Shown piece by piece: positions 1-5,019 of a stretch of DNA of 5,058 nucleotides. Position 1 is the stretch's first letter. Each line of letters starts with the position of its first letter. The notes below the pieces were generated by a model that was not told the origin of the DNA, did no database searches, and worked only from the letters and a program-made list of their open reading frames with translations. A program made the translations under genes and the position numbers. Source of the stretch: Candidatus Nanopusillus sp. (lineage in GTDB: Archaea > Nanobdellota > Nanobdellia > Nanobdellales > Nanobdellaceae). Where the stretch lies: positions 1 through 5,058 of the forward strand of contig JAPWTZ010000026.1 of assembly GCA_028275775.1 (NCBI GenBank), given 5' to 3'.

Positions 1-7
1 ATTACAA

Positions 8-25
8 CCGGGGAGGGGTTTTTTT
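8..25 (+). terminator. GC-rich 11-mer CCGGGGAGGGG (8..18) followed by T7 (19..25). Probably the 3' arm plus U-tract of an intrinsic terminator hairpin, or the 3' end of a structured RNA, whose 5' part lies outside the window.
   Basis: This is the only long G/C run in an otherwise very AT-rich window, and seven T residues follow it directly. No complementary C-rich arm exists inside the window, so the hairpin cannot be confirmed. Confidence 0.35.
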
Positions 26-47
26 GTATTATAGAAATGTCTTTATT

Positions 48-53
48 AAAAAA
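48..53 (-). terminator. Oligo-T tract (T6 on the minus strand) 15-20 nt downstream of the stop codon of the last operon gene. Possible archaeal-type oligo-T termination signal.
   Basis: The plus strand reads A6 at 48..53, which is TTATTTTTTAAT on the minus strand just after the TAA at 68..70. Oligo-T runs are common by chance in AT-rich DNA. Confidence 0.25.
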
Positions 54-67
54 TAAGAAAGAATATT

Positions 68-508
68 TTAGATCTTAAAAAAAGGCTCTAATCTAGGTAC
101 TATATAATCAATAAATGCATTTTCTATTTGTTTATCTGTCCAAACAATACCAAAATATTCAAATTTATCATCATCTCCTCCCAATAATTTATTATATATT
201 GCTTCTGTAAAATCTCTATGATTTTCTAATAAATATTTTGCATATCCTGGGTCTATATTATTCATCTTTTTAATAATATAATATGCAATTAAGTGTGCCA
301 TAATATTTATATAAAATTCTTTATTTTCTTTCATATCTTTTTTATGTATTTTTTTATCTACATTTGTTATTAATTCTTTTAGCGATGCTATAATTTTGCC
401 ATTGTATGCAATTCTATAATTTGATAATTCTTTACCATTAAATTCTATTACCTCGGGTATACTATAACCTAAAAATGTTAATTCATCAAATAGGGTTGTT
501 TCATCCAT
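68..508 (-). CDS. Hypothetical protein, 146 aa, last gene of the operon. No recognisable motif.
   Basis: ATG at 508..506 and TAA at 70..68. A 441-nt open frame is notable in DNA where stop triplets are very frequent. It is co-directional with the upstream ATPase gene and 26 nt downstream of it. Its K/E/I/Y-rich composition matches its neighbours. Confidence 0.8.
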   Translation of the reverse strand: MDETTLFDELTFLGYSIPEVIEFNGKELSNYRIAYNGKIIASLKELITNVDKKIHKKDMKENKEFYINIMAHLIAYYIIKKMNNIDPGYAKYLLENHRDFTEAIYNKLLGGDDDKFEYFGIVWTDKQIENAFIDYIVPRLEPFFKI

Positions 509-534
509 TTTTTATATTATTCTTTTTAGTATTT

Positions 535-2070
535 TTATGGCCATTTCCATGTACCATTCACTATATTAACCGCTAATTCCTCAGCATTCTCATTTAGATA
601 TTTATCTAATTCTAAAGCTTTAATTTTGATTGCTAATTTAATAGCATTATCTTCCATTCTAGCATCCTTAAATTGCCCCATTTGCTTTATTTTTTGTTCA
701 TCAATATATTTATTATAGTTATTTGCTATCCTATTTATTTCATTTTGTATAATCCTCACTAATTCATGCATTGCTAAGGGATTTAATAATCTATCGCTTT
801 TAATTCTATTTATATTAAATCTTTCCGTAACTACACTTACTATTGCCATCCTACTAATTAAAGAATCTATTGTGTCCCTATATTTTTTATTGCTTTTTGC
901 TTTTTCCTTTAATAAAAATCTCCCAGCATCGCGTGCATTTTCTATTTTCTTTATTTCTAATGTTTCCGCATATTCATTAAATGTTTGCTCACTTTCACTT
1001 TCATCCCCAATATTTCCTAATAATATTATACCACGTGGCAATCTTTTCCCTCTTAATAATGCTTTAATTTTTTCCGTGTCCCCTCTCTCAGCTGACCATC
1101 TACCAGAATCAATTCCCTCATTTGCTCTCTCGGCAAATTCGATAAAAGCCTGGGTGTCTGACTTATCTATTTCATCTATAACAATATATTCACTATAAAA
1201 TATTTCACCTGGTGTATTCTTTTCCGCATTGTATACTAATCTCGCACGTGATGGAATTCCTGATATATAACCAATTCTTAAATAACCTTGTAATGATGTG
1301 TAAAATTTTGTTTTTCCGGTTGATGGTGGCGTTAATTGCAACATATGTGTATATGGGTTAAATAAGCTGTCTGCAGTTGGTAAATTTACATTAAATAAAC
1401 TTAACACACGTGGTATATATAACTTATCTATTATTTCTTTATCTCTTTCATTTAGATCAAATATATTATATCCCATAGCACTCAATAGGTATTCATACCA
1501 TGTTAACCCATATTGATCTTTATATTTTCTTATTTTATCTCCATATTTGCTAATTTTTGCTAAATCCTCATAGTCTTTAATATATATTTCCTTAGATTCA
1601 TCATTTTGCTTTAATCTGAGCCATAATTTAATAAATTTGGCTTTGCTAAAGAATTCCATTATCTGGGTAATATCTTTATCCTTATCTTTTTCTATTTCAT
1701 CTTTGTCATAAATAACTTCCATTCCGTTTTCTAATTTAACAATAAATTCATTCTTATCTTTTGCTTTAACCCCTAATATTGCACCTATATAAATCCCTTC
1801 TCTATGCGTATATATCTTTTCTAATAAAATTTCTTTTTTGGCTGGCATGCTTAATATTATATCTTTATAGAATTTTTGGTAAATTTCTTTATCATAGAGT
1901 ATAAATTCATCAATTTCTTTCATATTTTCATCATTATTTTCTATATTAATCCCACTTATCTTTCTATTTGCAAATATATCCGTTTCAAATATTTTTTTCT
2001 TATCTTTTTTATTTTCAATATATTCATATATTGCTCCGGGTTTTTCTGATCCTGGGAGTTCTGGGTCCAT
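535..2070 (-). CDS. AAA+ ATPase, 511 aa. It has an N-terminal ~230-aa domain of unknown function and a C-terminal AAA+ core plus helical lid. It is possibly related to the BrxL/Lon-like ATPase module but has no protease domain.
   Basis: ATG at 2070..2068 and TAA at 537..535. Walker A is TPPSTGKT (aa 247-254, nt 1309..1332; checked by hand translation). Walker B is YIVIDEID (aa 295-302, nt 1165..1188). Sensor-1 is LLGN (N353). A box VII-like LISRM (R407) and a sensor-2-like KDAR (R471) precede a lid helix. A 1.5-kb ORF in AT-rich DNA is essentially certain to be coding. Confidence 0.93.
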   Translation of the reverse strand: MDPELPGSEKPGAIYEYIENKKDKKKIFETDIFANRKISGINIENNDENMKEIDEFILYDKEIYQKFYKDIILSMPAKKEILLEKIYTHREGIYIGAILGVKAKDKNEFIVKLENGMEVIYDKDEIEKDKDKDITQIMEFFSKAKFIKLWLRLKQNDESKEIYIKDYEDLAKISKYGDKIRKYKDQYGLTWYEYLLSAMGYNIFDLNERDKEIIDKLYIPRVLSLFNVNLPTADSLFNPYTHMLQLTPPSTGKTKFYTSLQGYLRIGYISGIPSRARLVYNAEKNTPGEIFYSEYIVIDEIDKSDTQAFIEFAERANEGIDSGRWSAERGDTEKIKALLRGKRLPRGIILLGNIGDESESEQTFNEYAETLEIKKIENARDAGRFLLKEKAKSNKKYRDTIDSLISRMAIVSVVTERFNINRIKSDRLLNPLAMHELVRIIQNEINRIANNYNKYIDEQKIKQMGQFKDARMEDNAIKLAIKIKALELDKYLNENAEELAVNIVNGTWKWP

Positions 2071-2075
2071 TTTAT

Positions 2076-2981
2076 TTAATTTTCTCTATTTGATCTTAGC
2101 CTTTCCCATTCTTTTCTTAATTCTTTTATTTTATTTTCAATTTCTTCTAATTGTTTTTTTATTTCTTTTTCCCTTTCTTTTAATTCTTTAACTTCGGGAT
2201 CATTTTCCAATTCTCCAGGTTCGGTTTCCAAAGCTTTTTTTGTTTCTATTTTATCTTCTATAATATCTAAATCGGATTCTAGTTTTCTTTTTTTCTCATA
2301 AAGATCTCTTAATTGTATTGGTATCTTTATTAAGCCTAATATACTTATATCCATCTTTAAATCTACCCTTTCGGGTGATTCTATAATACTTTTTAGTCTA
2401 TAAACTATTTCATTGACTTTTTTAGATTGATCTGGGTTTAATTCCCTTAAGATTTCATACGCTTTTAGTAATACTTTAAATAATATATCTATATCCTCTT
2501 TCCCTTTTATTTTTAATATATCTATAAGATCTTCAAAACCTGCTAAATAAATATGAAGTCTTATAAAAATTATAGGTCTTTCTTTTTGTATTATTTTTCT
2601 TATTTCTTTATTTAGGAATGTATTATTTTCCAATTGTTGTAGTATTATTTTTGTTATAATTAATTCTTTAATTATATTTAGATTTTGTTCGGGTATTTCC
2701 TCAGGTATCTTTGGGTCACTATCTATTATATTAAATATTCTTTCAATGCGCTTTTTCCCATAAAAGTTTAATTTTTGCATGCTAATTATTTCATGTAAGT
2801 ATTCTTTATTTAATTCATAATCCTCGCCTAATATGATTTTTTCAAATAATTCTTTATTTGGAATAAAAACAATTATGTCCTTATTTCTACTTGCACCCTC
2901 TCCTACTACTATTATATAACTCGCTAATAATGCTTTAACCCTTAAATTACTTAAATTTTGTTTTGTTTTTGTTATGCTCAT
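2076..2981 (-). CDS. Hypothetical protein, 301 aa, with a C-terminal ~80-aa E/K-rich coiled-coil tail.
   Basis: ATG at 2981..2979 overlaps the TGA of the upstream gene (ATGA, 2978..2981). TAA is at 2078..2076. The C-terminus RDLYEKKRKLESDLDIIEDKIETKK...KELKEREKEIKKQLEEIENKIKELRKEWERLR has heptad-like spacing of I/L among charged residues. Confidence 0.88.
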   Translation of the reverse strand: MSITKTKQNLSNLRVKALLASYIIVVGEGASRNKDIIVFIPNKELFEKIILGEDYELNKEYLHEIISMQKLNFYGKKRIERIFNIIDSDPKIPEEIPEQNLNIIKELIITKIILQQLENNTFLNKEIRKIIQKERPIIFIRLHIYLAGFEDLIDILKIKGKEDIDILFKVLLKAYEILRELNPDQSKKVNEIVYRLKSIIESPERVDLKMDISILGLIKIPIQLRDLYEKKRKLESDLDIIEDKIETKKALETEPGELENDPEVKELKEREKEIKKQLEEIENKIKELRKEWERLRSNREN

Positions 2982-3601
2982 CTTTTTATTGCTTTAACCT
3001 CTATTTTTTGCCTTATTTTATCTACTATATTAGAAAATAATGAAAGATCCTTTTCTGTGTATGGATCAATAATATTAATATGTGTTATCTCTAAATATTC
3101 ATCTTTTGCTAATTCTCCGTGTACTAATTCTTTATATATTGTATAATAGTAATTTCCTAAACTTTCGGGATCGCTATATACAACGTATCCGTTTTTATAT
3201 AATTCCGTTATTATGTAATTTCCATATACAATTGATTTTATTATCTTATATGTTTCATAATAATATTCGCATTCTTTATCTACTTTTAGATAACCTAATA
3301 TTGGTCCAATTCTACTATTTACAACTCTACCGATTGAATTTATTGTTTCCAATGTTTGATAAACTACTAATCCATCTTTCCTATATTCTCGTATCTGTAC
3401 ATCATTGGGTGTCTTTTTTCCATCTTTTTCCTTAATATATGTTATAAAAACCTTAGCATCCTGGGTTTCTTCACCCTTTTTTGCTCTAATTAATGTTAAT
3501 TCTTTTGTTTCAGGTTCCTTTTGTTTTGTTTCTTTTTTATTATCTTCAATTTCCTCTAAATAAATTTCATCTCCGTGTTGAATTATTTTATAGTCTACCA
3601 T
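2978..3601 (-). CDS. Hypothetical protein, 207 aa. It has a short N-terminal segment, a K/E/T-rich linker and a Tyr-rich, probably beta-rich C-terminal domain.
   Basis: ATG at 3601..3599 lies 4 nt after the TAA of the upstream gene. The TGA at 2980..2978 overlaps the next ATG. There is a weak AGGA about 9-12 nt upstream of the ATG. Confidence 0.85.
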   Translation of the reverse strand: MVDYKIIQHGDEIYLEEIEDNKKETKQKEPETKELTLIRAKKGEETQDAKVFITYIKEKDGKKTPNDVQIREYRKDGLVVYQTLETINSIGRVVNSRIGPILGYLKVDKECEYYYETYKIIKSIVYGNYIITELYKNGYVVYSDPESLGNYYYTIYKELVHGELAKDEYLEITHINIIDPYTEKDLSLFSNIVDKIRQKIEVKAIKR

Positions 3602-3605
3602 GGTT

Positions 3606-4301
3606 TTATCCTTTTATTGTTTCTACTTTTTGGGCCTCTACAAATCTCTTAGCTAAATCTAAAATAAATTTTACCTCTTTTATTATACCATCATTTATTT
3701 TATCGATTTCTTTATCCATCTCGGTTATCTTAAAATAGGTTTCTTGATCAAAGATCCCTTTTAAATCATTTCTATATAGGTAATAGTAAAATTCTTTATA
3801 ATCAAAAGACTTTATTGTTATTGGGCATGTTTGTATATTCTTATATATAATATATCCGAGAGCCAATGATTCTACTATCTTTTTAAATTCTTTATAATCA
3901 AATAGCCATTCTTTGAGGTTTTTTAATGTCTTTTGTATTCTATAAATAGTTAATATTTCTTTTCTTACAATATGTGTTAATGTTATTGGAATTGTTTTAC
4001 AATCTACTAATTCATAAATACCAGGTTCATTTTCTACAATAAATCCGACATATTCACTTTTTCCATAATCATAATAATCTAAATAGAAAGTAATCCCTAT
4101 TAATGCGTTTTTACTTTTCTTTTTACCAATAATAGAGCCCCATGTTGTAATTCCTTCTCCGAATTTTATGAATCCTTTATCTTTAATAACTCCTAATTTA
4201 TCTATATAATAATTTCCATCCCATTCTTTTATTGGTACTAATTTAAATGGTCCAAAATCCGAAATTCCATTCCCTATATATTTTAATATGTATTTTTCCA
4301 T
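3606..4301 (-). CDS. Hypothetical protein, 231 aa from the ATG at 4301 (235 aa if the TTG at 4313 is used). Possible PD-(D/E)xK (RecB/Cas4/Hjc-like) nuclease fold, supported at motif level only.
   Basis: The ORF-track start at 4313 is a TTG that overlaps the upstream gene by 11 nt. The ATG at 4301..4299 sits 1 nt after the upstream TAA (TAAAATG) and is the more likely start. TAA is at 3608..3606. The motif GFIVENEPGIYELVDCKT (nt 3993..4046) is followed by IYRIQ (YRIQ = nt 3933..3944). Confidence 0.85.
   Translation of the reverse strand: MEKYILKYIGNGISDFGPFKLVPIKEWDGNYYIDKLGVIKDKGFIKFGEGITTWGSIIGKKKSKNALIGITFYLDYYDYGKSEYVGFIVENEPGIYELVDCKTIPITLTHIVRKEILTIYRIQKTLKNLKEWLFDYKEFKKIVESLALGYIIYKNIQTCPITIKSFDYKEFYYYLYRNDLKGIFDQETYFKITEMDKEIDKINDGIIKEVKFILDLAKRFVEAQKVETIKG
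3789..3806. repeat. Copy 1 of an 18-bp perfect direct repeat AAATTCTTTATAATCAAA (plus strand). The second copy is at 3885..3902.
   Basis: Exact 18/18 identity read directly from the sequence. The copies are 96 nt apart (32 codons, in frame) inside the 231/235-aa CDS, and both encode FDYKEF. Confidence 0.9.
3885..3902. repeat. Copy 2 of the 18-bp perfect direct repeat AAATTCTTTATAATCAAA.
   Basis: Identical to 3789..3806. Encodes FDYKEF (aa 138-143 in the 235-aa numbering). Confidence 0.9.
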
Positions 4302-4302
4302 T

Positions 4303-4539
4303 TTATTTAACAATCTCTATCATTTCATTTTTTGCCTTTTTATTTAACAAATACTCTATAAATTTCTGTTTTGCTATTTCATTATTTGCTATCCATTCTA
4401 ATGCTTTTCCATACAATTCCACCTTTTTTAGTCCCGTTATTAACTTTAGTTCTGTGAATACCGCCTCTATTTTGGCTAATTCTTCTCTCTCTCCTAAAAA
4501 AGTTATTACTAACCTAGATGGATCCGATATGGATGCCAT
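4303..4539 (-). CDS. Small protein, 78 aa, first gene of the operon. Probable ribbon-helix-helix (CopG/Arc/MetJ-like) DNA-binding regulator.
   Basis: ATG at 4539..4537 and TAA at 4305..4303. The predicted layout is beta-strand RLVITFL, helix EREELAKIEAVFTELK, turn ITGLKK and helix VELYGKALEWIANN. This matches the RHH beta-alpha-turn-alpha pattern and aligns by eye with CopG (KRLTITLSESVLENLEKMAREMGLSKSAMISVALENY). Its position as the promoter-proximal small gene is typical of autoregulators. Confidence 0.7.
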   Translation of the reverse strand: MASISDPSRLVITFLGEREELAKIEAVFTELKLITGLKKVELYGKALEWIANNEIAKQKFIEYLLNKKAKNEMIEIVK

Positions 4540-4559
4540 AGTATTACTATTATTTTTCC

Positions 4560-4577
4560 TATTTAAAAATCTTTCGG
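4560..4577 (-). promoter_or_regulatory. Candidate archaeal-type BRE/TATA element for the operon (minus strand CCGAAAGA-TTTTTAAATA).
   Basis: The TATA-like decamer TTTTTAAATA occupies 4569..4560. Its centre lies about 26 nt upstream of the A of the ATG at 4539, which implies a leaderless transcript. A purine-rich stretch lies immediately upstream. No Shine-Dalgarno sequence lies at a usable distance from the ATG. TATA-like strings are frequent in AT-rich DNA. Confidence 0.4.
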
Positions 4578-4626
4578 TATTACATTTTTATAGAAAATAC
4601 TTTATTAAGGTTGTAAAAGACCCATA

Positions 4627-4642
4627 TATATGGTACCATATA
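4627..4642. promoter_or_regulatory. Perfect 16-bp palindrome TATATGGTACCATATA. Candidate operator, for example for the RHH protein.
   Basis: Perfect dyad symmetry was verified base by base, centred between 4634 and 4635. The G/C-containing core GGTACC makes it less likely to be an AT-repeat artefact. It lies 88-103 nt upstream of the operon ATG. Confidence 0.35.
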
Positions 4643-4980
4643 CCTTTTTGTAAGATATTATATTATACCCGTTATAATTGTGTATATTAAAACCTTTTTT
4701 ATGGTCTTTATAAATAATTTATAAATTTATATGCCATCTAAATTTAAAAGTTTAAACAGGATTTAAATCAAACTAAATATTATTTTTCTAAAAAGTACTA
4801 ATTTGCTTAATTTATTATAAAATTAGATTACTATGAACTATAATACTATATTATGATAAGTATATTAGGCTTTATATAGTATAAATTTATAAATTTTAAA
4901 ATAAATTATTATATAAAGAGAATTAAATAAAGATAGCTCTATGGTGGCCCGTATTCTTTTTGTTTTTGCATGTCTTAAAA

Positions 4981-4998
4981 AGGAATGGTTTTTAAATC
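4981..4998 (+). promoter_or_regulatory. Candidate BRE/TATA element for the divergent plus-strand gene (AGGAATGG-TTTTTAAATC).
   Basis: The same TTTTTAAAT core as the operon promoter, at 4989..4997. Its centre lies about 26 nt upstream of the ATG at 5020, again implying a leaderless mRNA. Confidence 0.3.
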
Positions 4999-5019
4999 CC
5001 AAAAGAAATTAATATATAA

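Noticed and set aside
1-18. Possible tRNA 3' end (plus strand) or 5' end (minus strand) in the GC-rich block
   Set aside because: With the acceptor strand placed at the G-run, the preceding bases (ATTACAA) do not fit a T-loop (TTCRANN with A58). On the minus strand the sequence starts CCCCTCC with no U8. Neither reading is tRNA-like.
872-1198. Plus-strand ORF, 108 aa
   Set aside because: It lies entirely antisense to the AAA+ ATPase gene. Its F/L/S/I-rich low-complexity translation is typical of the T-rich antisense strand of an A-rich coding strand. It has no motifs and no plausible start context.
2892-2915. Glycine-rich GEGASRNK in the 301-aa protein as a possible P-loop
   Set aside because: It does not fit GxxxxGK[ST], because there is no GK[ST]. 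No Walker B-like hhhhD/E follows at a suitable distance.
2958-3146. Plus-strand ORF, 62 aa
   Set aside because: It is an antisense shadow across the junction of the 301-aa and 207-aa genes, with the same hydrophobic low-complexity composition.
3082-3435. Plus-strand ORF, 117 aa
   Set aside because: It is antisense to the 207-aa gene. Its L/I/F/Y-rich translation shows no domain-like pattern. The minus-strand frame is supported by operon context.
3493-3738. Plus-strand ORF, 81 aa
   Set aside because: It is an antisense shadow spanning the junction of the 207-aa and 235-aa genes.
4302-4313. TTG start at 4313 for the 235-aa ORF (as given in the ORF track)
   Set aside because: TTG is a rare start and would overlap the upstream gene by 11 nt. 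An ATG four codons downstream (4301) sits 1 nt after the upstream stop. I prefer the ATG, but the choice is not proven.
4586-4616. Bacterial sigma70-type promoter (minus strand TTTACA-N19-TATAAA) upstream of the operon
   Set aside because: The spacer is 19 nt, which is suboptimal. It would give an ~45-nt leader with no Shine-Dalgarno sequence at the ATG. It is kept as the alternative if the host proves bacterial.
4247-4690. Plus-strand ORF, 147 aa. Includes an internal ATG at 4529 that would give a 53-aa peptide (MDAIVLLLFFLF...) running through the promoter region.
   Set aside because: Most of it is antisense to the RHH gene and to the start of the 235-aa gene. The part that stays open in the spacer is F/Y/L-rich T-frame sequence. 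It would overlap the operon start head-to-head and cover the proposed TATA box and palindrome. A small hydrophobic peptide cannot be excluded, but nothing supports it.
4742-4773. Short AT palindromes GTTTAAAC and ATTTAAAT, and ATTTAAA-N-AAAC repeats
   Set aside because: Palindromes of 8 bp made almost only of A/T are expected by chance in a spacer of this composition. They are mentioned only as context for the spacer finding.
4941-5012. 23-codon plus-strand micro-ORF MVARILFVFACLKKEWFLNPKRN with a hydrophobic N-terminus
   Set aside because: It is too short to evaluate and overlaps the proposed TATA box of the divergent gene. It has no RBS or promoter of its own that I can see. It is worth a look only if Ribo-seq or conservation data exist.
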